From a virus (Duplodnaviria; Heunggongvirae; Uroviricota; Caudoviricetes): a DNA stretch of 41,027 nucleotides. The DNA lies in IMG/VR virus record IMGVR_UViG_3300035208_002255, positions 128,001 through 169,027 of that record; one strand, 5' to 3'. Below the pieces are notes generated by a model. The model had not been told where the DNA came from, made no database searches, and saw only the letters and a program-made list of their open reading frames with translations. Both the position numbers and the translations under genes were made by a program. Positions 27,734-35,589 of the stretch are shown piece after piece. The first letter of the stretch is position 1, and the number at the start of each line of letters is the position of its first letter.

Positions 27734-28050
27734 ATGCGCAATACAGTTTGGAGCAACAACTACAAGAACTAATTGGTATTGCAAACCGAGAAGGTTTGTA
27801 TGACGCCGCTGATTGGTTGAAGACAGCATTACATCAACCTAGCAGAGTGTTCGATGACAGTGATTGGAATGCATTCAATGATGTCTTTTTTGATCTAGGA
27901 TCAGATTCCAAATTAGATCGTAAAACTCTTCAACAGGCTTACGATAGCCTTCCAAATCATATCAAGTCTATTGCAATTCAGTGGGGTATGGGTGATACTG
28001 TGTTCCGCGATGAAGCTTGCAAATTTCTAAAAAAGATCAAAAATACCTAG
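27730..28050 (+). CDS. Hypothetical protein
   Basis: ATGA overlap. Confidence 0.65.
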   Translation: MNAQYSLEQQLQELIGIANREGLYDAADWLKTALHQPSRVFDDSDWNAFNDVFFDLGSDSKLDRKTLQQAYDSLPNHIKSIAIQWGMGDTVFRDEACKFLKKIKNT

Positions 28051-28056
28051 GTCAAT

Positions 28057-28413
28057 ATGGAAAAGCCACCTATTGTATTTCAACTACCGGATACCGGGGA
28101 GTGGGCAGTTGGTACTATCAAAACTGTTCACCCAACAAAGGGTGCTGCGGATAAAGCGGCAAGCAAAGTAAAACATGAGGTTCCTGAAGAAGAACCCCAA
28201 GAACAAGAACAACTTGGAGTGCCCGATCATATAGCCATTTTCTGGGAAGATAAACAGTTCACATTTAGCTTCTTTGAGAACAGATCTGGAATGTGCATTG
28301 CTGTATGTGACACTCCTGGATATGGAAAATTCTTTGGTAAATCAACAGTCTGGTGGAGTGCGGCTGAAGAGTGTTTAGCTGATATCGTAATGAACGAGAG
28401 AACAAATTCCTAA
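28057..28413 (+). CDS. Hypothetical protein
   Basis: ORF track. Confidence 0.65.
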   Translation: MEKPPIVFQLPDTGEWAVGTIKTVHPTKGAADKAASKVKHEVPEEEPQEQEQLGVPDHIAIFWEDKQFTFSFFENRSGMCIAVCDTPGYGKFFGKSTVWWSAAEECLADIVMNERTNS

Positions 28414-28676
28414 TGCCAGAACCTCAGCCAGAACAAAAACTTTGCAGAAGAGATAGGGAAAAGCTTAGAAAGCAAGCTCTCTATAAAAAGCAAAAAGAAA
28501 ATCCAGAGTTCGTTGCCAAAGAGAAAGTAAGATTAAGAAACCGCTCACGCGAATATGAAAAGTTTAATCGTGATATATGTATTTTCATTCCAGTATTACG
28601 GGAATGTCTAGGTCTAGATCCTAGATCTGATATCTGGGCAAGGCAAAAGAATGACCATTCCACTCCGATGGATTAA
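28413..28676 (+). CDS. Basic hypothetical protein
   Basis: TAATG overlap. Confidence 0.6.
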   Translation: MPEPQPEQKLCRRDREKLRKQALYKKQKENPEFVAKEKVRLRNRSREYEKFNRDICIFIPVLRECLGLDPRSDIWARQKNDHSTPMD

Positions 28677-28887
28677 GAATGATGTTGAAGGTTCCAAGTT
28701 TACATTCCGATATAATGGAACTGAGTTTACTTACTTAGGTGCCCCTATCAATGCTGACTTTGAATTGAGCTATGAAACTCTAGCTCCATACGTAACCCAA
28801 GTCCTAGACCTAGCCGCCCCACTAGAAGGTAACGGTCTTATGATTAGGTTTGTGGAAATCAAAAACAACACAGTGAAAGTTTGGTAG
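28651..28887 (+). CDS. Hypothetical protein
   Basis: ORF track. Confidence 0.6.
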   Translation: MTIPLRWIKNDVEGSKFTFRYNGTEFTYLGAPINADFELSYETLAPYVTQVLDLAAPLEGNGLMIRFVEIKNNTVKVW

Positions 28888-28888
28888 T

Positions 28889-29272
28889 ATGACTACTGAA
28901 GCTGAAGCACAGAAGCGTTTGGAAGAGTTTAAAGAAGCCGCTGCCAAAGGTGAGGTGGAAATAAAAGCAACAGACGAAGAGATCCATGAGGTAATGGAGA
29001 CTTTCAAATCTGGCCGAGAAATAGACTTTACTGTGACTCGTGCTGAGATTTCTGGTGTTTGGAGCTATAATGGGGGTCAAGGCTTTGAGATCTCTTGGGG
29101 TACAAAGTCAGCTGGCTTTGGAACAATTACATTTACCACAGATGAAAAAGGAAATACTCGTATAGATAATGAGGGAATGGATATCGAATTCTGTGGTAAC
29201 GTTCTTCTAAAACTTCTCGAAAATGCATTTAAGCAGAAAGAGAAAGATACAGAGAAAAGCGATAAAGAGTAA
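28889..29272 (+). CDS. Hypothetical protein
   Basis: ORF track, tight packing. Confidence 0.7.
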   Translation: MTTEAEAQKRLEEFKEAAAKGEVEIKATDEEIHEVMETFKSGREIDFTVTRAEISGVWSYNGGQGFEISWGTKSAGFGTITFTTDEKGNTRIDNEGMDIEFCGNVLLKLLENAFKQKEKDTEKSDKE

Positions 29273-29919
29273 TGGAAATCAAATTCTGTGTCAGTAATAT
29301 CTGTACAGCCTTTCAATCTCAAACGGTTGGCTCCAAAGTATTAAACACTCAAGTCTTTCTAGAAGATTTGCGGTCTGCTCTGCAGAGCTATAATCCATCA
29401 AAGGACCGCGAACCCGGACAACACTTCGTGTTGATGCCAGACTCTTTTCACACCGTAAGTGCGGGTGATGGTCTTAAGTCTGATAATACTGAAGACTACA
29501 TTGTTAGAACACATCGCGAGGGACCTAAGATGTTCCTTAAGCGGCATTGCGCTGGAAGCGTTAAGTTCCTAGCTTGTGTAGTCTATACTCGCGAAGCTTA
29601 TCTTAAAGATCCTGACTACGATGGCTCTGAGGATCTTGGTGATGCAACCCACATCATCGTTGCAGTGATTGCTTCTAGTGGACCCAATGCTCCAGTAACT
29701 CCGTTCAGGTTTGTTCATAACTTGGCTGGTGGAAATCTGGAATACAAACAACCGCCTCGAAAAGATTTTGCTCCGCAGATACCTTCGTATTGGCACAATT
29801 ATCTAAGTCCACATTGGATGGATTATGCTAAGGCATTAGAGGATTGGGGCGAATTCATTACCAAGAAGGCTAAAGAAGTTGTAGAGCATTGGAATTCATA
29901 CAGCGTTGTAGCTGATTAA
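29272..29919 (+). CDS. DUF3228-like protein
   Basis: VVYTRE, IVAVIA..., P.TP....NL.GG, VEHW pattern; TAATG overlap. Confidence 0.55.
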   Translation: MEIKFCVSNICTAFQSQTVGSKVLNTQVFLEDLRSALQSYNPSKDREPGQHFVLMPDSFHTVSAGDGLKSDNTEDYIVRTHREGPKMFLKRHCAGSVKFLACVVYTREAYLKDPDYDGSEDLGDATHIIVAVIASSGPNAPVTPFRFVHNLAGGNLEYKQPPRKDFAPQIPSYWHNYLSPHWMDYAKALEDWGEFITKKAKEVVEHWNSYSVVAD

Positions 29920-29927
29920 GGTGAAGT

Positions 29928-30158
29928 ATGTTTAAAAACTTTGATTGGATGATTTTAATAATAAAAATCTTTGTGGTTATATGTGTATATATAATTGTAT
30001 TTTCGCTTGTTATGGCATTCAAAGAATCTCAGAGAGAAATTGATAAGAAAAACCAATGTACAACTGCTTGTCACCCATATGCAGTTATGTCATCCGAAGA
30101 TAAGTATTGCCTATGCGCTAACAGTTCTACAGTTTTGTGGCGTAAAGATATCAAGTAG
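29928..30158 (+). CDS. Small membrane protein
   Basis: N-terminal TM helix and Cys-rich tail. Confidence 0.6.
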   Translation: MFKNFDWMILIIKIFVVICVYIIVFSLVMAFKESQREIDKKNQCTTACHPYAVMSSEDKYCLCANSSTVLWRKDIK

Positions 30159-30180
30159 AATAAAAGCAGTACGAAAGTTC

Positions 30181-30209
30181 TTGCACTTCGAAAACTCTTC
30201 TGGTAGAGT
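30181..30209 (+). promoter_or_regulatory. Sigma70-type promoter
   Basis: TTGCAC-17-TAGAGT with TGG extension. Confidence 0.55.
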
Positions 30210-30239
30210 GCTGCAGTTGCCGATGATTGAGAGGACGCA

Positions 30240-31235
30240 ATGAAACTCGAAGAGATTGGTTTTTATACTCTATGCGATGAACGTGCAGCTCACTCCAATG
30301 GTGAGTCTCCTATGTGGCGATGTGAAATGATCCTCACATCAGCCTGCAATTTCAAGTGCCCGTATTGCCGCCCTCTTCGTGAGGATTGCCGTGGCACTAT
30401 GCCTGTAGAGCGTGCTCTTTACACTCTTGGCCAATGGTGTGACCAGGGTCTAAAGAATATCAGATTCTCTGGCGGTGAACCTACACTATACAAAGACCTT
30501 GTTACTCTAGTAAAGTATTGCAAGCAACGCGGCGTGGAGCGTATTGCAATCTCATCCAATGGTTCTGCTTCGCGTGAATTGTATGCTGAGCTAATCGAAG
30601 CTGGCGTTAATGACTTCAGTATTTCATTGGATGCTTGTTGCGCAGAGGATGCAAACAAGATGTCCGGTGGTGTATTGAAGGTCATCGACAATGTTTCAGA
30701 GAACATTCGGTGGCTTGCGTCTAAGACCTATGTCACAGCGGGCGTTGTTCTTACCAATGAGAACTACAAAGAGATGAATAACATCATTCGCTTTGCAGAC
30801 TCTTTGGGATGTGCAGATGTTCGAATCATCTCAGCGGCTCAAGAGAACTTCCTATTGGAAGGTGTACTTGGCATTGAGCAAGAGCTGCTTGATAAGCATC
30901 CTATTCTAAAGTACAGAGCGAATAACATTCGCAATGGACGCGGGGTCCGTGGTTTAAGCGATGGAGATCCTCATACATGTTATCTAATGTATGATGACTC
31001 TGTGGTTGCAGGGGATCAACATTTCCCTTGTATTATTCACCTACGCGAAGGTGGCGCACCCATTGGGAAGATTGGTCCGAACATGAGGCAAGAGCGCATT
31101 GAATTCTTGCAGAAGCATGATCCTCACAAGGATCCTATTTGCAAAGCTAATTGCCTGGACGTATGTTCAGATCACCTTAGGAAGTGTGATTCTTTTCGGA
31201 CGGACAAGAGCCAATCAGCGCACAAATCTCCTTAA
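30240..31235 (+). CDS. Radical SAM protein
   Basis: CNFKCPYC, SGGEPT, SSNGS; C-terminal HFPCIIH.RE.G..IG and DPIC..NC.D. Confidence 0.9.
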   Translation: MKLEEIGFYTLCDERAAHSNGESPMWRCEMILTSACNFKCPYCRPLREDCRGTMPVERALYTLGQWCDQGLKNIRFSGGEPTLYKDLVTLVKYCKQRGVERIAISSNGSASRELYAELIEAGVNDFSISLDACCAEDANKMSGGVLKVIDNVSENIRWLASKTYVTAGVVLTNENYKEMNNIIRFADSLGCADVRIISAAQENFLLEGVLGIEQELLDKHPILKYRANNIRNGRGVRGLSDGDPHTCYLMYDDSVVAGDQHFPCIIHLREGGAPIGKIGPNMRQERIEFLQKHDPHKDPICKANCLDVCSDHLRKCDSFRTDKSQSAHKSP

Positions 31236-32040
31236 ATTTATCATGCTTACGATCCATGTGAATAGAACTATCTTGGTAAATGAAATCTAAAAACCTTCTA
31301 CCAACTCTATTACCATGGAGGACAAGTTGTTTAATTTCAGATCCTTTCTTCGCATGACATATACTTGTCTTTATTCCAAGATGTAATAGTTTATCACGCA
31401 ACGTCTCTGTAAAGTCTTGTGTACCTAAAATAGAGATAGCAATTTGGCCAGAAGAAAAACTAAGAGAGCCATCTCCATCGAAATATCCTCTTACAAAATG
31501 TGAGAGTAATTCATCTGGTACACAAGTTGGAAACTTTACTTTCAGACTTTTAGCTTTAACTAATCCATAACTTTCAAGTTGTTGGCTGATATGTTTACTT
31601 GATATAGTAAGACAGTAACTATCTTTACGAAAATAATCTTTGCCATTATCTTTAAACCATTTACCTTTCCTCTTTAAAAGAGGTCTATCACATTTGTAAA
31701 TCAACTTACAAAGTTTAGTTAACAAACTAACATCTTGTTCACTAAGTATTAGGCGAACACAAGTCATTTCCGTGCTATTACAACCATCAGCATACAAAAT
31801 ACCAAGAAAATAAGCTTTCTCTGGTGTGTTGATAGTATCAAAGAAATCTTCATAAACATCATATGTACGATTTGCTTGACTATGATCTCTGGTTTTAATT
31901 TTTTCCTTCTTAAGAAGGTAATGAATAGACCCAGGGTTAACTCCATATTCTGTCCCTAGTTCTAAAGTACTTTTACCAGAAAGATATTTCTCAATTATCT
32001 CTTGTGAGAATCGTTTATCAAGTTTGCGTTTCTTTTCCAT
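31177..32040 (-). mobile_element. Free-standing LAGLIDADG homing endonuclease with N-terminal HTH
   Basis: AYFLGILYADG and HFVRGYFDGDGS motifs; only minus-strand gene; AT-rich; AAGGA SD before ATG 32040. Confidence 0.88.
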
Positions 32041-32177
32041 AATCACTATCCTTATTTTAAAGAGATGTAACTAATAACAGCTTTAAAAGCTCCTCGACAA
32101 AATCTGGAAGAGATTTTGTAGGCGAGAAACTACAACAACTAACTCTTTGGTAATAAAATCAATGCATACAACTCAAG

Positions 32178-32831
32178 TTGTCAGAATCTGTGAAAGCTCA
32201 TGCGGCGGATATGAGTATTGCAAATACACTTGCACATCCCGGGTTGCAATTGGATTCATTGGGTAGATGGGATCGATTCATGACAATCAATCATCGAGCT
32301 TATCAGTTCATTAAAACCCACATTGAGTTTTACATTGATTCTCACAATCGTGATGCGTGTTTTCGTATCATGGAGGAAAACAAGGAACGATTTGAGAAAG
32401 CTCCTGGTTCAACTCACAATCATCAAGCATGGGAAGGTGGTTATCTAGATCATATCCTAGAAACAATGGATATCGCATATATAATTCTTCCAACCCTTAA
32501 ATTAACAGGAAGACCAGTACCAAAGTTCGGCGATGTGATCCTTTGTCTTTTTCTCCATGACATTGAGAAGCCGTGGAAGTATGTTCTGGGTCAAAACGAA
32601 TTGGATGATCCAGACCTTAATACCAAGACAGATCGCCATGAGTTCCGAAGAAAACTCATCCAGCTCTACGGTTTCGAGTTGACAGAAGAGCAGTGGAATG
32701 GTATTGAGTACGCCGAGGGTGAGATTCATAACTACTCCAATCACAAACGGAACATGGGACCATTGGCAGCTTTAGTTCATATGTGCGATGTGTGGAGTGC
32801 TAGAGGATGGCCTGAATATCCTCATGGGTAA
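32178..32831 (+). CDS. HD-domain phosphohydrolase (start uncertain)
   Basis: APGS..NHQA..GGYLDH, FLHDIEK, HMCD. Confidence 0.8.
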   Translation: MSESVKAHAADMSIANTLAHPGLQLDSLGRWDRFMTINHRAYQFIKTHIEFYIDSHNRDACFRIMEENKERFEKAPGSTHNHQAWEGGYLDHILETMDIAYIILPTLKLTGRPVPKFGDVILCLFLHDIEKPWKYVLGQNELDDPDLNTKTDRHEFRRKLIQLYGFELTEEQWNGIEYAEGEIHNYSNHKRNMGPLAALVHMCDVWSARGWPEYPHG

Positions 32832-32833
32832 TT

Positions 32834-33091
32834 ATGAATGTCAAAGAACTCAAAGAAGCAATTGTAAATCTTCCTGATGATATGGAGGTGATTCTCCAAA
32901 AAGATTCTGAAGGAAACGGCTACTCTCCATTGGCGGGTGCAGATCCTGACACAGTATATGTACCAAGGAATACTTGGTCCGGTGAAACATACAGTACGAA
33001 CTATGGAGCTTCAGAACATTGTCTGGAAGAAGATGAATGGGAAAAGCTCAAAGCTGGTCCACACGCTTTGGTTCTATTTCCAGTGAACTAA
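32834..33091 (+). CDS. Hypothetical phage protein
   Basis: LPDDMEVILQKDSEGNGYSPL. Confidence 0.7.
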   Translation: MNVKELKEAIVNLPDDMEVILQKDSEGNGYSPLAGADPDTVYVPRNTWSGETYSTNYGASEHCLEEDEWEKLKAGPHALVLFPVN

Positions 33092-33113
33092 TTCAGAACG
33101 GTTCGAAAAACTC

Positions 33114-33142
33114 TTGACTTTCGAGAGCCTAGTGAGTAAAGT
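33114..33142 (+). promoter_or_regulatory. Sigma70-type promoter (a second, extended -10 TGATATTAT lies at 33175-33183)
   Basis: TTGACT-17-TAAAGT. Confidence 0.65.
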
Positions 33143-33190
33143 TCTCCCTCGCTGGAACGAAAGTTCTCGGTCCTTGATATTATCGATGAA

Positions 33191-33218
33191 AGCCGCATGG
33201 GGCTTCTAATACTATGAC
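33191..33218 (+). repeat. Dispersed pseudoknot motif, copy 3
   Basis: AGCCGCATGGGGCTTCTAATACTATGAC. Confidence 0.9.
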
Positions 33219-33260
33219 ACAATCACGGAGGAGGCGGGGCGTGTGCCCTCCTGAAATGGA

Positions 33261-33710
33261 ATGATTGAACTCAAAGATGGAACGTATTACAAGGCCGTTT
33301 GGAATTTCGAGTTCCGCGCAGGGACTGGGATTATTCCAACTGAACATGACGGAAATGTTCTAGGCGCGTTGTTCACAACGGACCCAGAAAGAAAACTCTG
33401 GACAATGACGTATCGTTTCAGGTACTATGTGGACGACATCAACGACAATACTTCTCAAGATGTCAAGAATTGGTACAGGGCTGAAAATACTGGACCTGAA
33501 GATAAAATCTGGGAAGATGCCAAAAAAGCTATGACCATGTTGGCTACAGTTCAGCTATCAACTCTCAACTGTGTTATGATTGAGAGTGATAAGTCAGAAG
33601 ATCAGTTGAAAAAGATTCAGGAACTCCCTGGTATGAATGTTGAACAAAAACTCAATTCAGAACAAGAAGAAGCCAAGATCAATGTTCGACCAAGTTCCGC
33701 ATTGAACTAA
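33261..33710 (+). CDS. Hypothetical protein flanked by motif copies 3 and 4
   Basis: ORF track. Confidence 0.7.
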   Translation: MIELKDGTYYKAVWNFEFRAGTGIIPTEHDGNVLGALFTTDPERKLWTMTYRFRYYVDDINDNTSQDVKNWYRAENTGPEDKIWEDAKKAMTMLATVQLSTLNCVMIESDKSEDQLKKIQELPGMNVEQKLNSEQEEAKINVRPSSALN

Positions 33711-33737
33711 ACCGCATGGGGCTTCTAATACTATGAC
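33710..33737 (+). repeat. Dispersed pseudoknot motif, copy 4
   Basis: AACCGCATGGGGCTTCTAATACTATGAC. Confidence 0.88.
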
Positions 33738-33744
33738 AACTAAT

Positions 33745-33868
33745 CAGAGCTGCCGATACCTCCCTCCTTTTTTTAGGTGGCTCTGTGCGGGAGTTTCCAT
33801 GACTCGCCTCACGCACTCCCTGTGTGCGCAGTTGCTGGACTGCATCACATACCCTCCCCTCTTGTGTG
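33745..33868 (+). ncRNA. Candidate sRNA: hairpins with CCUCC-rich loops
   Basis: CAGAGCTGCC/GGTGGCTCTG with loop ..ACCTCCCTCC..; CACATA/TGTGTG with loop CCCTCCCCTCT. Confidence 0.55.
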
Positions 33869-33886
33869 TAAACAAAACCAGCGCTT

Positions 33887-33958
33887 GGGACATTAACTCA
33901 ATGGTAGAGTAGGACCCTTTTAAGGTCAAGGCTACAGGTTCGAGTCCTGTATGTCCCA
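33887..33958 (+). tRNA. tRNA-Lys(TTT)
   Basis: Acceptor GGGACAT/ATGTCCC, D arm ACTC/GAGT, anticodon loop CTTTTAA, T loop TTCGAGT; no encoded CCA. Confidence 0.93.
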
Positions 33959-34009
33959 CTAACCGATTGGTTGATAGGACTTAACAGGATGAAACCTGTT
34001 AAATTCACT

Positions 34010-34167
34010 GACAATCTCTAACCTGTGAAGCAACTGGGTTTGCGAAAGAACTCATGAATCTTTCAAGATAAAAAGGTTGCGATAGCGTGAAGTGATGCTA
34101 GCTACTAAACACTTCTCAACTACTCTGAGTTGACAATAAGCGGCAGAGTCGAAAATTAGAGATTGTC
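34010..34167 (+). ncRNA. Candidate 158-nt multibranch RNA
   Basis: Perfect 12-bp closing stem GACAATCTCTAA/TTAGAGATTGTC enclosing several hairpins. Confidence 0.6.
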
Positions 34168-34177
34168 TTAATTTAAA

Positions 34178-34204
34178 AGCCGCATGGGCTTCAAATACTA
34201 TGAC
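34178..34204 (+). repeat. Dispersed pseudoknot motif, copy 5
   Basis: AGCCGCATGGGCTTCAAATACTATGAC. Confidence 0.88.
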
Positions 34205-34231
34205 CGGAGATACGGTGCCACGAAAATGATT

Positions 34232-34299
34232 TTCACAAAGGATATAGGTTCGATTCCCATCAGTAACGTCATCTAATATGGCTTAAGATACTTTGTGAG
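34232..34299 (+). ncRNA. Circularly permuted tRNA-like domain (T arm before D arm; YrlA/Y-RNA-like topology)
   Basis: TTCACAAAG/CTTTGTGAG stem enclosing ATAGG-TTCGATT-CCCAT, a short linker, then ATCT-AATATGGCTTA-AGAT-A. Confidence 0.65.
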
Positions 34300-34302
34300 T
34301 TT

Positions 34303-34376
34303 GCCCTAATAGCTCAGTTGGATAGAGCAGGAAATTTCTAATTTTCAGGTCGGGAGTTCGAATCTCTCTTGGGGTA
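34303..34376 (+). tRNA. tRNA-Arg(TCT)
   Basis: Acceptor GCCCTAA/TTGGGGT, D arm GCTC/GAGC, anticodon loop TTTCTAA, T loop TTCGAAT; no CCA. Confidence 0.93.
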
Positions 34377-34383
34377 CTAAATT

Positions 34384-34704
34384 ATGTATTGTGATTTTTG
34401 CCAATGTCATATGTGTCAAACAGGTCAAACACACTATGTTGCCATTGACGGCTCCATAGATGAACCTGATGGAGTAATGCGAGTATTGTTTCACACACAA
34501 ACAATTGATGGTCATTGGATTTGTGAAACGTGTTATACATATGATGTGTGCGCAAGAAATAAATCTGATCCATGTGAAGGTTTATGTGGAGAATTCAAAT
34601 GCGATCACAGACCAAAACTAATTAATAACGAGTGGACATTCTGGACTTGGCGAACTGGCTCGCAAGAGAATACAATTGAAGAACCTCACTATGACTTAAC
34701 TTAA
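34384..34704 (+). CDS. Cys-rich hypothetical protein
   Basis: CDFCQCHMC, WICETC, CDHRP. Confidence 0.65.
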   Translation: MYCDFCQCHMCQTGQTHYVAIDGSIDEPDGVMRVLFHTQTIDGHWICETCYTYDVCARNKSDPCEGLCGEFKCDHRPKLINNEWTFWTWRTGSQENTIEEPHYDLT

Positions 34705-34723
34705 TCTCTGGTAACATATATAT

Positions 34724-34874
34724 GCACTGGTAACTCAATTGGTCAGAGTATGATTAGAATTGATTCGCGGTAAGTTCTAATCGGTCAGATGAAAACTTTT
34801 GGTTGCTCTTAGGTTGTAGTCTGATTTATCACCCGGCAGGGAGAAGGTTGTTGGTTCGAATCCAGCTCAGTGCA
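34724..34874 (+). ncRNA. tRNA-like RNA with the anticodon/variable region replaced by a ~99-nt three-hairpin insert
   Basis: Acceptor GCACTGG/TCAGTGC-A, D arm ACTC-AATTGGTCA-GAGT, T arm GTTGG-TTCGAAT-CCAGC. Confidence 0.75.
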
Positions 34875-35124
34875 CGCGAGCCATTTAACTAATGGCTAGT
34901 CGGAGCCGTAAACAAATAAGATATCTGGTAACAGATCTCTTATGACCGATGAATAGAAGTAAAATGGTTTTTTACAAAAACGGATTGACAAGTAATCACC
35001 TCTAGGCTAGACCAATGTGGTGAAAGTTGTGGTGGTTGAGCACCGCGTATGCATTGATACATACAAAGATAAGCAACAAAATAATAAGCTCTTTACTTAT
35101 ATCAAGTTGCTCATCACTCAACTT

Positions 35125-35141
35125 GCTTCTAATACTATGAC
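35125..35141 (+). repeat. 3' half copy of the pseudoknot motif
   Basis: GCTTCTAATACTATGAC, 25 nt before copy 6. Confidence 0.8.
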
Positions 35142-35166
35142 GTTCGACCCCAACCCAGTGCAACAT

Positions 35167-35193
35167 AGCCGCATGGGCTTCTAATACTATAAC
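35167..35193 (+). repeat. Dispersed pseudoknot motif, copy 6
   Basis: AGCCGCATGGGCTTCTAATACTATAAC. Confidence 0.85.
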
Positions 35194-35212
35194 CTAAAAA
35201 CACGAATAGAAT

Positions 35213-35515
35213 ATGAGTAAAGATCATAAGGTCAAGGATGCGTCAGCTGACATGACCGAAAGGCGATTACTTCCAAATCATTGGGTTGGTGTAATGCCAA
35301 AACGTCAATTACCGCAGCTATCTCATTCAGTTGCTCAAGCGCGTCTTTGTGGCAGTTGTCATGGATGTTCTAATCGAGCCGTAGACGATAAGTCTATTAT
35401 AACCACTGCGGGAGTAGATTACAGCGATATCGTGTATTGTTCTATGCATGGGTGGCAATTTGAGAGTATAGAACAAGAGCGGATGTACACCTGCTTCGAC
35501 TTTCATGAAGCTTAA
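35213..35515 (+). CDS. Hypothetical Cys/His-containing protein
   Basis: ORF track. Confidence 0.6.
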   Translation: MSKDHKVKDASADMTERRLLPNHWVGVMPKRQLPQLSHSVAQARLCGSCHGCSNRAVDDKSIITTAGVDYSDIVYCSMHGWQFESIEQERMYTCFDFHEA

Positions 35516-35529
35516 TGATGCCTAAGCCC

Positions 35530-35557
35530 TTGACTTCTTTTGAAAGTCTGGTACAGT
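35530..35557 (+). promoter_or_regulatory. Sigma70-type promoter directly upstream of motif copy 7
   Basis: TTGACT-16-TACAGT with TGG extension. Confidence 0.7.
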
Positions 35558-35562
35558 AACTC

Positions 35563-35589
35563 AGCCGCGTGGGCTTCTAATTCTACGAC
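35563..35589 (+). repeat. Dispersed pseudoknot motif, copy 7
   Basis: AGCCGCGTGGGCTTCTAATTCTACGAC. Confidence 0.9.

Noticed and set aside
33191-33218. Theta/HDV-like ribozyme or preQ1 riboswitch identity for the motif
   Set aside because: It lacks the nested double pseudoknot and catalytic-C junction of HDV-like ribozymes, does not sit at tRNA 3' ends, and lacks the preQ1 A-tract consensus.
33744-33959. Minus-strand 71-aa ORF
   Set aside because: It is the antisense of tRNA-Lys and the adjacent structured RNA; the minus-strand ORFs over the tmRNA were rejected likewise.
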